A stretch of 56,362 nt of DNA, counting the filler, from Piptocephalis cylindrospora (Eukaryota), in the NCBI GenBank assembly GCA_003614145.1. It is 3 parts of 3 records of this genome, joined end to end, with 100 filler letters (N's around TTAATTAATTAA, not from the genome) between each part and the next. Parts side by side here need not be neighbours in the genome. Positions count along the whole stretch, not along the records: positions 1 to 18,741 come from KZ987830.1; positions 18,842 to 37,553 come from KZ987831.1; 1 more part is not named here. The stretch is one strand, 5' to 3'. Below the pieces are notes generated by a model. The model made no database searches. It had not been told where the DNA came from and saw only the letters and a program-made list of their open reading frames with translations. A program made the translations under genes and the position numbers. Positions 11,726 to 25,083 of this stretch are shown piece after piece (positions within the stretch are counted from its first letter, which is position 1; every line of letters starts with the position of its first letter).

Positions 11726-14700
11726 ATGGATGACAGGGCCTCTATCGACCATTCGTTGATCCTTCCTGAGTTGGGTGCGTCCACCGCGGAAGAAAAGGCT
11801 CCCTCCTCTCACAGCGCGTCACAGATGAAGTCGGAGGATGCCAGTGCGATCGAAGAGGAGGCTGCCGAAGCCCAGCAGTTCGCCAAGGGTCTTAGGGCCA
11901 AGGATAAGGAAGAGGAGTCTGCAGACAAAGGCGCCAAGTCCGTACCTTTCTTTCATCTTTACCGTTTTGCTACATCCCAGGACAAACTGGCCCTATTCCT
12001 TGGGGTGTTATGCGCCCTGGCCAATGGAACTAGCCAGCCCTTGATGACCATCGTGTTTGGGGAGGCCGTGGAGACTTTCACCACCTTTTCCATGTCAAAC
12101 GTATCGGACCCTGATACGCGAGACCGCTTCCAGGACGACGTGATCCATCATACTATCTGGTTTATTATCCTTAGTGCCGCCACCTTTGTTGTCGCCTATT
12201 TCCAAATGGCCCTGTGGATGTATGTGGGGGAGAGACAATGCCGGCGGATGCGGCAGTGCTACTATGCCGCCCTCCTCCGTCAGGAAATTGCCTGGTTTGA
12301 TGCCACAAGCTCTGGAAACCTCACCTCTCGTCTGAGCGGGGACATCAATCTCATTCAGGACGGGATATCCGAAAAAGCCGGGCTTATTGTTCAGCATACT
12401 TCCGTATTCTTGACCGGGCTTATCATTGCTTTTATCAAAGGTGAGTAGTGCCTAGCTTATCTGGGGAGGGTGAAGATATTGATGCAGCCAATGACTCACA
12501 CACACGAGGAATGCAACAGGATGGAAGATGACCTTGGTCATGTTGTCTATCCTGCCTTTGTTGGTCCTAGCCACGACTGTAATGGAAAAGACAATATCTG
12601 AAGCAGCTGCAGCCGTACAGGACGCCTATGGTAGGGCCGCTGCCATTGCCGAGGAGACGCTCTCGGCCATACGGACTGTGGCGGCCTTTGGAAGTCGGGA
12701 CAGGGAAATAGCCCGATACAAGGTAAAGGTGGACCAGGCCATGAAAAAAGGGATACGAAAGTCCACTGTCAATGGAGTGGGACTTGGCACTATCATGTTT
12801 CTTCTATTTAGCGCGTATGCTCTGGGATTCTGGTATGGATGCAAGCTCGTGATGAATGGCGAGATGACCGGAGGACAGGTAGTTGGCGTATTTCTGGTCC
12901 TCATCGATGGATCCATGGCCTTGGGTCAAGCAGGCCCCAACATTGCTGCCATTACCACGGCTATGGGAGCCGCAACCAAGGTATTTTCTGTCATTGACCG
13001 TAGCCCCGTCATTGATTCTTCATTGACTCGGGGGGAGAAGCCTGAAAAGGTCGAAGGTGCCCTGGAATTCCGCAATGTTACCTTTCACTATCCCACTCGT
13101 CCCGATGTCCCAATCCTCGAGGGATACTCCCTGGTAATCAATCCTGGAGAGACGGTGGCCTTGGTAGGAAGTAGTGGAAGCGGAAAATCCACTCTAGTTG
13201 CCCTGACTGAAAGATTCTATGATCCTGTGGAGGGGTCGGTTTTCTTGGATAACCATGATGTGAAGGACCTTAATGTGCAATGGCTACGCCAGCATGTAGG
13301 GCTTGTGGGCCAGGAACCCGTTCTCTTTGGTGCATCAATCTACCAGAACATTGCCTGGGGGGCCGCCTCCGGGGGCCAGGAGCCAACGCGCGAGGAGGTG
13401 GAGGAGGCCGCAAAATCTGCCAATGCCCACGACTTCATCTCTGCCCTCCCCAACGGATATGATACACTGGCTGGGGCCAAGGGGGCCCTGCTCTCTGGGG
13501 GACAGAAGCAACGGATTGCTATTGCTCGGGCCATCATCAAAAACCCAAGAGTCCTTTTGCTCGATGAGGCCACCTCGGCCCTGGATACCGAAAGTGAGCG
13601 GATTGTTCAATCTGCCTTGGACCGAGCTTCCCAGGGCCGTACTACTATTGTAATTGCCCATCGCCTCTCCACAATCAAGGATGCTGACCGAATTGTCGTC
13701 ATGTCCAAAGGAAAGATCGTTGAGGCGGGGAGGCATGATGAGCTCCTACACCTAGAAGGGATGTATGCGTCACTTGTGCAGGCCCAGGCACTGAAGAAGC
13801 TAGTGAATACTAAGGATGCTGCTCTAGAGGAGGAAATTGGCGCTGATATGGGATTTCCCTCCCGAAAGGATACACTGCAAGCGACTGTCATTAAAGAGGA
13901 GGGTGCGGAAGTACGTCGTACTGCCACCAAAGAGGGGCACATGAGAGGCCTGGGAAAGTTGTTATCCCGTAGCTCTGAAAAGGAAAAGGTCGGAGCTCAG
14001 AAGGAGGAAGTTTCTGTCAAGTCCACGAGATCCTTCCCCTACATGCGGCTTCTTCGGATGAATCTACCGGAAAAGTGGTATGTCCTCGGTGGGCTCCTTG
14101 GAAGCTGCGTGGATGGTGCAGTTTATCCAACGTTTGCACTAGTCTTCGCCAAGGTATCGGCCATCTTCCAGTATGTGAATGATCCGGATAGGTTCCGACG
14201 AGATGCATCCCTTTGGGCATGTATTTTTGTGGCCCTTGCGGTCTTCTCTCTTGTCGCCATCACCATGAAGCTCGTGCTGTTTGGAATTAGCGGGGAGCGT
14301 CTGGCTGCCCGGATGCGACTGGCCTCCTTTAGCGTGATGCTAAGGCAAGAAATGGCCTTCTTTGATATGGAAGGCAATGGGGTTGGATCCCTAGGGTCTA
14401 AGCTCTCCACCGAATCGGACAAGATCAAGGACATCACAGGACTTCTTATCGGGAACATCATCCAGATCATCATTACTGTCACCTATTCAATTATCTTGGC
14501 CTTTTTCAACGGTTGGAAGCTCTCACTTGTCGTCTTGGCATGCATACCTATCATTGGTGCGGCCGAATACATGCAAATCAAGTCCCTGTCCGGGTTTGGG
14601 GAAAAGACGAAGGTGGCGTATGAGGAGTCGGCTCAGGTGGCGTGTGAGACGGTGGAGAGCATGAGGACGGTCGCATCCCTGGGCCGGGAAGGCTCTTTCA

Positions 14701-15797
14701 AGGAGATCTACAGCGAGGCCATCCAGTCCCCCCATCGTATCGCCGTACGTGGCGCCTTTCTCTCCTCTCTTGGGTACGCCTGTGCCCAATGCGCTCTTTG
14801 CTTGGTCATTGCCCTTTCCTTTTGGTACTCATCCGTGCTGATCCTATCAGGAGAGATGACAGTGACGGAAACGTTCATGGCAATGTTCTCGGTGATGTTT
14901 GCGGCCATAGCCACCGGTCAGATAGCCTCCTTTACCCCATCCCTGGCCAGGGGGAAGATTGCTGCCCTGGCCTTCTTTGACCTCCTGGATCGCCAGACCC
15001 GCATTGACCCCGATCAGAGGGGTACCGGGGACGCGAAGAGCTTTACTGGACTGGTGGAGGGAAAGGATGTGCGATTCACTTATCCGGCCCGTCCAGAGGT
15101 ACAGATCCTGAAGGGCCTAGACGTGACCGTGTTTGTCGGAAAGACGGTGGCCATCGTTGGGGGAAGTGGAAGCGGCAAGTCGACGCTGGTTTCACTCGTT
15201 CAGCGCTTCTACGATGCCGAGGGCGGGGAGGTGGACGTGGATAAGACGGATGTGCGGGACTGGGATCTCCAGGTACTTCGATCCTGCATGGCGGCAGTGG
15301 GCCAGGAGCCTGTGCTCTTCAATCTCTCCATCCGGGAAAATATTGCGTATGGCAAGGTGGGTGGAGTGGCAACGGACAAGGAGGTGATTGAAGCGGCCAA
15401 GGGAGCCAACATCCACACGTTTGTCTCCAACCTTCCGGAAGGATACGATACGATGGTGGGTGAGCGCGGAGGCCAGTTATCCGGAGGTCAGAAGCAACGA
15501 GTGGCCATTGCCCGTGCCCTCATCCGGAATCCCAAGCTACTTCTTCTTGACGAGGCTACCTCTGCTCTGGATAGTGAGAGTGAGAAGAGTGTGCAGAGTG
15601 CCTTGGACCGGGCCTCCAAGGGTCGAACGACGATCACGATCGCCCATCGTCTCTCCACCATCCAGGATGCGGATTTAATTGTGGTGGTCAAGGAAGGAAG
15701 GGTCCATGAGCAAGGCAAGCACCAGGAGCTATTGGCCCTTAAGGGTGTTTACTACGAGCTGGTGCAGCAGCAATCGTTGGACCGGAAGATGGTCTAG
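11726..15797 (+). CDS. ABCB1: Full-length ABCB/MDR1 (P-glycoprotein) ABC transporter; intron 12441-12519
   Basis: TMD-NBD-TMD-NBD layout with two Walker A motifs (GSSGSGKS, GGSGSGKS), two LSGGQKQR signatures and two LLLDEATSALD motifs. Confidence 0.96.
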
Positions 15798-16544
15798 GGG
15801 TTGGGGGATGGGAGATGGGGTTTAATCATAAAGTAGATTTTAGTTGCAGTCGTGATCCTTTCTTTTTCTTTTTTTTTCTCATTCATCCCTCTCGGTATTT
15901 TCTAATCTGTTCTTTGAGCTGCCGGCCTTTCCGGTGACCTTGGCCTTTTTTACTCCATTGATCCTCACCGCCCCATAAGACACCACGGATAGATCGCCCT
16001 CGGCCCTACCTCTCCTCATGACCTTGCTAGACACAAGACCATCGGTGAGCAACCAGATGATCCAGACACTTGAGGATGATTTCATCAGGGACAAAGACGT
16101 ATGGATAGAACTCTACCTATCACTCAACCATGTGTGGGGAGGATCGATGGTGTCGAATTGTTTGGACAGGGGGCTTTTCCCTGATCTTTTTGACCAGTGA
16201 TCCAAGGCCCATTTCCGTCCCTGTCTCTTATGGTGCGATACTTTTATGGAAGAGATATCTGTGGAAAGGAAGAGGGGGGAGATTGCGCCAAGAAGCGTGC
16301 CAACTCCGCTGCCCGTATGAGGGTAGCTCTGTACCGAATAGAAGCGCCGACAACATGAGGTAGCAGGAGACCTTTTGCCTTGGCTCCCATGCAAGCCCTT
16401 GCATGTATGATGGGGGCATAGACCTCCCCTCCCCCTCCTTTCTTCCTCTCCCACTTGTTCCCTCCCTGCCTACACACACTCGCGTACACATACACACATA
16501 CTAGCTCCAGCTCGTCTTTCCCCTCAAGGCACTTATTTGTCATT

Positions 16545-16886
16545 ATGGATTCGTCCATGGAGATGGGTCAGATGAGCCAATATGGTCAGGGGGTGTCGAC
16601 GTTGCCCATATACCCGGAAACGGCCATGACGGTGGGACCTCGGGCCCTGGAAGCTGAAGAGGCCGAGGGGCCCAAGAATCTAGGACACGGCCTCCCCTCT
16701 TACTCGGGGTGCGATTGCACGGTGCTCCCTCACGCCCTGTCCGGTGCGTGTGTGCAAAGCGGCTGCTTTGGGGAAGGGTGCGAGATATGCTGTGATGCCT
16801 GTCATGATTCCTGTGACATGTGTGTGGATTGCTGTGGTAGCACATTGGAGCTGTGTTGTCCTGACTGTGGACATTGCTGTACGTAG
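16545..16886 (+). CDS. Small protein (113 aa) with a Cys-rich C-terminus (CYSTM/metallothionein-like)
   Basis: 17 Cys in the last about 58 aa, including four CC pairs, with a pyrimidine-rich leader before the ATG. Confidence 0.6.
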   Translation: MDSSMEMGQMSQYGQGVSTLPIYPETAMTVGPRALEAEEAEGPKNLGHGLPSYSGCDCTVLPHALSGACVQSGCFGEGCEICCDACHDSCDMCVDCCGSTLELCCPDCGHCCT

Positions 16887-17133
16887 CGAGAGGGGTTGGC
16901 ATGTGATTTGAGGGTAGAGATGGGTATTCTTAGTAATAAAAAGGAGCATCCATGACATGACAAGGGTACAACAAGAGAGTAGGGGGGGGAGGCCACATAG
17001 AGAGGGAGGGGTCTATTGTACAGATGGCCCCCAAGGGTCGCGTAGGAGAGGAGATTTGGGGATGTCCGGGGCTTCATCTCGACATGACGATCCGCACCGG
17101 ACATGACAAAGACACAGGGGATGGGTGTGACTG

Positions 17134-18572
17134 TTATACAGAGAGATCAGCTGAGCTGGTTGGGGAGGAGATGGAGCTGCCACTCTTGGAGCCGCTACTC
17201 TTGGAGCCGCCGCTCTTGGAGCCCTCGCTCTTGGACCTTCCCTTCTTGGCCCAGTAGACCTTGGCGTTGAGGAAGGTTTGGTGGGAGGAGCACTCGTCCT
17301 TCCAACCGTCCAAGACTTCATTCCAGGAGGATTCATTGCAGCAGCCCGCGGCGAGGATCCAGGGTTGAAGGGCTTCGAGGGTTTCGATCAGATTGTCCAT
17401 GGCCATCTCGCCGATGCGTTGGCCCCAAGTGCCCATGGGTAGACTGATGGTGGTGCGTTGGGAGTCGGTGAAGCCGAGGTCATCGAGCATCTCGGGGATG
17501 GCCCTGCACCGACGGACGTCGATGTGACGGTAGCGGGCAGCGGCACGGACCCACTCGTTGATACGGTCGCCATAGGGGCCGGTGCGTAGGAGTCTCCAGT
17601 CCGTCTCGACAATCTCGACCCATCCACCCTTGCGTAGGATGCGACGGTATTCGTGAAGGAGCTGGATCCAGTCCTTGACGGGGAGGGATAGGGTCAGGCC
17701 TTGCTGGTGGACGTAGTCGATGGTCTCGTCCTGGTAGCCTAGGCCCTGACGAAAGTCCTGAAGTTCAAAGGTGGCATTGGGGGCAATGTAGGTGGGGGGC
17801 TGGACGTCGCACATGTCAATGCCGTACCAGTGGCAGGAGGGGATTTCTGCGGCCATTTCCATCGTCCATATCCCGGTGCCACATCCCACATCCACTGCCA
17901 GTCTTGGAGGAGGGTGAAGTGGGGTGGGGTGGTACGAGGAGGCCATCCCGACCCCACTGCCAAGACTGTGGACCCGACTCACCGATTGCATTCTTCGGGA
18001 TCACAGGGCAGCATGTAGATGCCCTTGGAGTCGGCATATTGCCTTCCGCGGATGGACTTGGTGACCCATTCGGCCTTTTCGTCTCCTTTAGGGGGCCGCC
18101 GTAGCGAGCTGGATTGGGGGTTTAGGGAGCCCAGGAGGGTTCGTTTAGCGGAGGTGCTGGTGGGGGAGGAGGGTCTTTCGCTCTCCTTTCGTGAATGGGA
18201 TCGGGTATGCCGGGAGGAGGTGGAGAGGGTGGATTCGGAGGAGGGGGCTAATTCGGAGGAAGGGGCCAGCTCGGACGAGAGAGCCAAGTCCGAGGCGGTG
18301 AGATGTCCTTTGGAGGAGATGGATGATCTGTGGCCGAGAAAGGGATTATTCTGCTGGCCAGCCTGGGCCAGGTCCATGGTGCTATGATTGGAGATGGTGG
18401 AGGTTTCGCCAACGCTGATGGATTGGGATCCATGGACGCTTCTACTTCTACGTTTCCCGGCAAACGTGTTGGAGACCTGAGGGATAGCAAGGTGGCGGAG
18501 GACGCCACGCCGATCCGATGAACCATGTCCTTGACCATCGGAATCGAAGTGTTTAGATGATTTTTGCCCCAT
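17134..18572 (-). CDS. Class I SAM-dependent methyltransferase (LaeA-like/Methyltransf_23) with a disordered N-terminus; unresolved junction at about 17957-17982
   Basis: Motifs YMLPCDPEECNR, VDVGCGTGIW, GIDM and ILRKGGWVEIVE, with an MGQKSS start. Confidence 0.85.
17183..17235 (-). repeat. 15-bp coding tandem repeat, about 3.5 copies (SKS[EGS]G)
   Basis: ctcttggagccNcNN units. Confidence 0.85.
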
Positions 18573-18586
18573 GAATGATAATGTGG

Positions 18587-18681
18587 GCGGGGGTTGGGGG
18601 GGGGGGGGGGGAGGGGGAGGAGAGAGGGGGGGGGGGGGGGAGGTGAGGAAGAGAAGGGTAAAAAGGGGGGGGGGGGGGGGG
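18587..18681. repeat. Poly-G tracts near the contig end
   Basis: Several G runs of 10 nt or more. Confidence 0.9.
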
Positions 18682-18741
18682 AAGAAAAGCTACACCAGGA
18701 GCTGAACGACTTATCAGTCTGAATAAACGAAAAAAGAGATA

Positions 18742-18841
18742 NNNNNNNNNNNNNNNNNNNNNNNNNNNNNNNNNNNNNNNNNNNNTTAATTAATTAANNN
18801 NNNNNNNNNNNNNNNNNNNNNNNNNNNNNNNNNNNNNNNNN
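18742..18841. other. Artificial contig linker N44-TTAATTAATTAA-N44
   Basis: Exactly 100 nt, stops in all six frames, identical to 37554-37653. Confidence 0.97.
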
Positions 18842-18969
18842 TGGTGCTTGAACCGTCCTTTCCTCTTTCTCTCACACCTTCCCTCCTCCCCCCCCCTCCC
18901 TCCCATCCCGCCCTATCCTTTTCCTCCCATCTCTATCCCCTCCCTCCTCCCCTTGCTCGCTTGTTCGTC

Positions 18970-21811
18970 ATGGAAAAGTACTTCTCCAGGTTGAGACGTC
19001 GACCAAAGTCACAGCCCACCGAGGTGATGCAACTGTCCAAGTTCCACAAATCTTGGAGCTATATCCAGGTTAGTCCTTGTTCTATGAGTCTTTACTGAAG
19101 CATTTCGTAACATGCCCACTCATCGCCCCCTCGCCCACCCATGTACATAGACCATCTACCTTGCCCAGGAAAAGAAGCAAACTGCCAATGTCTACCAAAC
19201 CCCGGTGCCTGGGCATCTAAAGACCCTAGCGGACTTATTAGTAGACGAGGAGATTCGGCAAGAGGAGGGCCAGACCGGAGTATGCATGGAGTATCTGCTC
19301 CGAAATGGAATACTTGTGGTTCTGGTCAACCTGGCAGCCGGAGACTACCCCTCGGGGGTCCGTGGAGAAGTGGTAAGGTTCGTGACGACCCTCATTAATC
19401 TCCTAGACGATAAGTTTCTCGTCCATAATGCCGTCTTTAAGCCTACTCTCAAGTTAATCCGTGGATGCGTGGAGGACCCAGTAGCGTCCGAGCTGTATCA
19501 CGAGGACCTAGTCGATCTCATGTACGTCATCTGTAGTAAGATCCATGGCTTCCCCGATCTCCTCAACATCTTCTTCCATGACCGCACCTGGCTCAATACT
19601 CCCATGAAACGCGCCTTTCCTCGCATTCCTGATACACCCATGACCGCTGTCCCCTCCACCTCCACCCATCCTTCCTCCTCAGTATCCGGCATGGCCTCTC
19701 CTGTCACCGGTCTCTCCTCTCATTCTGCCTCGGCTTCCTTTGCTCCCTCGCCCTCGTCCTCGGCTTCTTCCTTTACCTCAACAGCCTCTACTTCATCTAC
19801 TGCTACCCTAGGAAACCCCTCCCCTACTCCATCCCCCAATCCATCCAGCCCTCCGGCGCGTCGGGGGCTCATTGCTTCTTCCACCGCCCCAAGCGCCTCC
19901 TCTCGTCGGGGGTCTCTTCTCTTTCCCTCCTCCGTGGCCATTTCCGGATCCAGTGCTGCATCTTCCTCTAGTACCCACCCCACCATTACCACTTCCCATC
20001 ATGATGGTTCTGGTGGGGGAGAAGAGCACCCAGTGCCAGATTATGAGTTTCTCCTCTTTACCTATCTCCTTCGCTTCCTGCACCGTGAAGGCCAGTCCGG
20101 GGATTATGCTCGTACCGCCCTTCTCTTTATTCTCGAACTGGCCGATGGGGCTCTAGGTGAATTTGTCCTGCATGCCTCCTCCTTCCCAGCTGTGGCTGCC
20201 GCTGCTGTCGGCGCCCTCTACTCCCAGCTTCCCAGGGCCCTGGCCCAACCAGGCAGCGAGGAAGCCGAGGACAAGGAGGCTGGGGAAGAGTTCCATGAAG
20301 GCCTGGATGGGTTTGTCAAGTCCCTAGAATTTTGTCAAGACATCCTGGCTCGATGTCCCACCCCGGGGATTGGGGAGGCCCTACTCCGGAATGTCCAAGC
20401 CGTCTTTCTTGAGAACATCCTTTGGCCCTCCCTGCAATCCTGTGTCGAGTCTGACGGGAGCGCTGAGGCTGTCTTCTCTTATGTCGACGTTGTCCTTCGG
20501 GTGGTGACGAAGCAGCCCACACTCAAGGTCATGATCCAGAGGTTCCTCCGGATGCGCGGGAATGAGGAAATCCGAAGTCAGGGGGATTTGGAGGATAATG
20601 ACGAGGAGGACTCCCCGACCGACGGTTTTGACCTAAAGCGCCTCCTTATCCATACCATCCTTTCTCCTTCCACCTCTTCCACTACTCTAACCGCTGCCTT
20701 GAACCTTCTCTCCACTATTATCACTCGACACTGCGAATGTGCCTGGCGCTTCATCGGCGGGAAGGATGTGGAGGGAGCCGAGGAGGAGGATGATGATGAT
20801 GAAGACGATGAAGATGGGGATGGGACGGAGGGGAGTGAGTGGAATCCCCAAGATACCTCGGGCCTCAGTGGGGATCTTTCCTCAGAGGATGCTACTCCCG
20901 TGGCCCGGTCCGGCTTCAAGTATGACCTTAACAAAGGTATGGGATCCCCCCTCGACGAGGACCCCATTGAGGCAGATGAGGCCCGCCGAGTCTACCGGGA
21001 GGTACGAGATGGGGAGGGTAAGGTCATGGCCCATCGCTTTGAGCTTGCCCTATACATGTCGGCCTTGGCCTCTTTGGATCCATCTATCGCCCCAGACTCT
21101 CCCGAATTCCTTTCTTCCTATGAAGCTTACCTGGGAGAGGCTGAATGTGCCCTCTCTTGCTGTAGACCCACTCATCTGGCCCAAGCTCTATCCAGGACCA
21201 TGCTGGAAGATGGAAACTCGGGATCTCGGGGGGAGGCCAAGGCCACTGAGGAGGCTCCCCGGAAGTACCGGGTGGATGGGATCCGAGAAGCCCTTCCCCG
21301 AAGACTGCTGGAGCTATTGGCTGGATACTGGCGCCAATCTCGTCATCTGAATCTGGCCATCTCCGGGGTCATTGCCTCAATGGCCACCTGTCCTCTTCGC
21401 CTTCTGGATGGCTGGATGACGTGCACACCGCTCGAAGAGGGAGTGTCCGGGACCTCCGGTATGACAGGTCTGGGTCTTGGGCCCGTAGGCCATGGAATTG
21501 GTGATGCTGCCAGCGCAGCCCACCCCTCCCTCACTCCACCCCTCCTCTATCGGACCCTGGAGCTCTTGGTGGCCCATGTTTCGGACCTTCGCCGACAACA
21601 CCCAACCTTTGATCGGGTCCTCTCCGAACGACGACGTGGACTCTTGTGCCACGCCGTCCTCCTTTCTGATGGTGGGAGCTCCGGGGTCACCCAGGGCATT
21701 GGGGAAGGGTCCGTAGAGGGGATCGTAGATGGAACGGTGACACTAGAGGAGATGATCAAGGAGTGGATTGGGATTATCCAGGCTCGTCGAGGGCTTGGCA
21801 TGGATGTGTGA
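18970..21811 (+). CDS. FHIP/FAM160 (RAI16-like, FTS-Hook interacting protein); intron 19069-19150
   Basis: Motifs GVCMEYLLRNGIL, EFLLFTYLLRFLHREGQSGDYARTALL and LEEMIKE at the C-terminus. Confidence 0.88.
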
Positions 21812-22074
21812 TCTTGGAAGACGGAGATGCTTTTTTCTCTAAATGACAAATCAGACGGGATGGGATGGGGGCAGAAATGGCCAAGGAAGAGAAAGAGGGG
21901 AAGAAGCGCAGTAATATCATGTGTTTTTTTTGACTGGTATAATCCTGGTTCATAAATGGTGAATAGAGACGAGACTTAAAGGGAACAGAAAAGGCATGGT
22001 TCATATCCCCTAATTGAATCGCTAAATAAAATAAAGATAAATAAAAAAGAATTGAAGTGTGGTGTGGGGGATGA

Positions 22075-24056
22075 TTATACATTGACCCCCCACATTTGGA
22101 TTTCGGACCCATCCTCGGTCCCAGAGGCCGCTGGGGAGTCCTTTTTTCCATAGATTCTCGTGGTCAGGGGCGGTTGTGGAGGAGAGGAAGAAGGGGACTC
22201 AATTTTTGGGGAGACAGAGAAGTAGGAGGAAGGCTGAGGGTCGGAGGATAGAGAAGGTCTGGATCGAACGGGGCTAGTATGAACTGGAGGAGGTGATGTA
22301 GTGGATCTGGATCGTCGATGGCCCCTGTTAGGGCTGGAGGAGGAGGAGGAGGAGGAGGGTGACGGATGTCGTTTAAGCGCCTCATTAATCCTCTTGGCAA
22401 AGGCTTTGAGGCCCTTGGAGGACCGTTGACGTTGTCGACGGAATAGAGCGCTGACCTCATTGACAATGGCACTATTCCTACGCTCGGTCCGATGGGCCTT
22501 GCGTGGGGAGGATGATGTGGCGGAGGATGAGGTGCTGGTATGGACAACTGGATGAGGGCAAGGCACTCCCTCTACATCATCCTCATCATCCTCATCCACG
22601 TCATCGGGATCAAAGCTAAGACCAGTAACGGAAGGAACACCATCAGTAGGCGGACCATCGGTGTGAGGAGCCATGGCGAAAGCAGGGGCCGGAGGAGATC
22701 GAAGTGGATTGAGCAGGTCATCCTCATCGTCTCCCTTTGGACTATCTCTCAGAGAGCCTGGATGCTTAGTATCAATGTCGGCTGCAGTAGTCTCAACCCC
22801 AGTGGAGGGGGAGGAGGTGGAGGAAGAATGAGAAGTGGAAGAGGCCAAGGAAATGGATGAGGCTGAGGGTGATGAGGAAGGAGAGGTGGTTTTTGCAGCA
22901 ATAGCACTGGGCGAGGCCATTTGCCCCTTCTTCCCCTTCCATAGAGCATGGGTACTCGAGATAGGATCCCCAGATTTGACGGAGGCTTGAGTAGGGGGCA
23001 CACTTTCCCTTTCCTTCGATCCCTTCTTCCTCTTTTCCCTCTTCTTTCCCAAGATACCCTTCTTCTTTTCCTGCTTCTTTTGCTTCTTCCTCCTCCTCTC
23101 CTTTCCACTCTCTCCCTCCACTAATGATCCATCAGGGCCCATGGGAAGAGGGAGAGCCCGACGTCCACCCTTCTTTTTCCCTCGTTGACGTGGAATAGAT
23201 CGATCGGCATTACGAGCCAATTCTCGCCATAAGTCCTGCAAAGCCTTAAAATGGGAAGATCCATTGGATATGGTATGGTGCCTTCGGAGTCTCCCAGGTC
23301 TTTGAGGAGGACTGGAGGGGGAGGAGGATGGGAGATGTTGACTTCTGTGGTATTGATCTTCATCGGTGTCTCGAGATGTCCCAGCATCCCCACCACCTAG
23401 TCGGCTAGATCGCTTCTCCCGTAATGAATGTGGGAGACGGATATGTTCTCCAGTGTAAGCGCCTTCTGGTGGTCCTGGTGGTTGGTTTCGTAAGGCATCG
23501 AGCCATGCAGCAAAGCGCTGTCGATGAAATGCCTCTTTATCTGGATTTGTCTACGAAGAAGTTGAAAACGGAATATTTGTATGCACGTGTGCATTGTTAG
23601 AATAGAGCAAAGACATATCCCCATATATCCTTCACTTACCATCAGTGTATGGGAATGTAGATTTTCTCGAGTCAACGGGATGAGGGAGGGACTGGATGTG
23701 GCGGGTTTGGGCTGAGGATGGGGCGAGATGTGGAAAGAGGCGGAAGAGAGGGCTAGAGCCGGATTCTTGGCAAACGAAAGGAGTGATGGGAGAGAATGGC
23801 CAGGGAGAGATGTGGGTCGAGTCTGAGTCGAGATGGGAGCTGGGATCGGGACCGGGGTCTCTGGGAACATCGCGGGTGTTCTCTCCCCCTCCGTAGGGGA
23901 TACCGAGGTAGAATGAGCTGGCGGAAAGGTCTTTGTGGCCACTACAGGACTGGCACGACGACCCCCGATGGGGCCCGAGGAGGAAGTGCCTTGTCGGTCC
24001 TTGAAGGAGAGGATCGAGTCCTTTAACGAGCGTTTCCCCTGTCCAGTGCTCGCCAT
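22075..24056 (-). CDS. Unknown Ser/Pro/Lys-rich disordered protein; intron 23551-23639
   Basis: A GTAAGT..TAG intron joins MASTGQGKRS...HSHTLM to TNPDKEAFHRQRFAAWL..., which is in frame with ORF 22075..23241. Confidence 0.65.
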
Positions 24057-25083
24057 GGGAAGGATTTGGTGGGTAGATATGAGGGGAAGGAGGGGAAGGG
24101 AACTGAAGGATACGTTGGGAGAGAGCAGGGTCAAGGAGGACACAAAAGTACGGAAGAAGCGGAAAAAGAAGACGATATGAAGACAGACAGAAAAAAGAGA
24201 GGAGACGGGACAGGATGGAACGGGACGGGGAGGAGGGACTTAAAGCAAGGAGCGGTTGGGGAGAGTGGGATTGGGGATAAGGGGAGAAAGATGAGGGAAA
24301 AATGTAAGGAAGGAAGCGTAGAGGGGAGGTGAAGAGGAGAGGAGAGGAGGTAATGTATGCAGTGCTCACCCCTCACCTCACTTCCACGCTTCTCACCGCA
24401 ACTCACCACCCGCCAGGCTGGCGGTACGCTCAGACGATCAGGAGGTGGGTGGGGTAAAGGGGATTGGGCCAAGGGCTGTTCAGCTTTGGTACCTGGGTCC
24501 TGGGTTTTTGGTAGAGTACTTGAGGAGACGTGTTGTCTTGGAATTGTGCAGGGAGATGAGCAGGAGTGCCCCGGTGAGCATATGCCACACAATGAGTAAG
24601 GATCTCCATCTGGAGCAGCATAAAGGGGAGAGGTTTCGTCCCAATGTCGGTCCTCATCTTTCTAAACAATAACTATACCATCACTGTTATATGGCTATGA
24701 GGCCCATCAGATAAAAAAGGATTTGTGATACGGAAGGAATCCGGTGAATGAGAACCTGAGAGGGTGAGGGCATCTATCCCGTGAAATGACATGTGCAGGG
24801 ATCATCATCCTGGGAGGATGAAGACGCAGAGCAGGTTGTTGAAGACCACATTATTATCATAACGATGCCACCCCCTTTTCATTTAAATTGTGTTTAGTAT
24901 CCCTTTATGCACTCTCCATGAAAAGAGTGGATAACATTAGTGATAAGGATAAAGCCGGTGTGTTTTCCTCAAGTAAGGTAGGCAAGGGCGTCTGAACACC
25001 AGTATTTGCCCCAAGGCCAGTATACATGATACTAAGGGCTTCATCCTCGACATGTGCTCTATGTAAAGAAACTCATCGATTTG

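Noticed and set aside
16018..16380. Short ORFs between ABCB1 and the Cys-rich gene
   Set aside because: No recognisable motif or consistent splice model.
18786..18797. TTAATTAATTAA palindrome as a biological site
   Set aside because: It is a synthetic six-frame stop spacer inside N padding.
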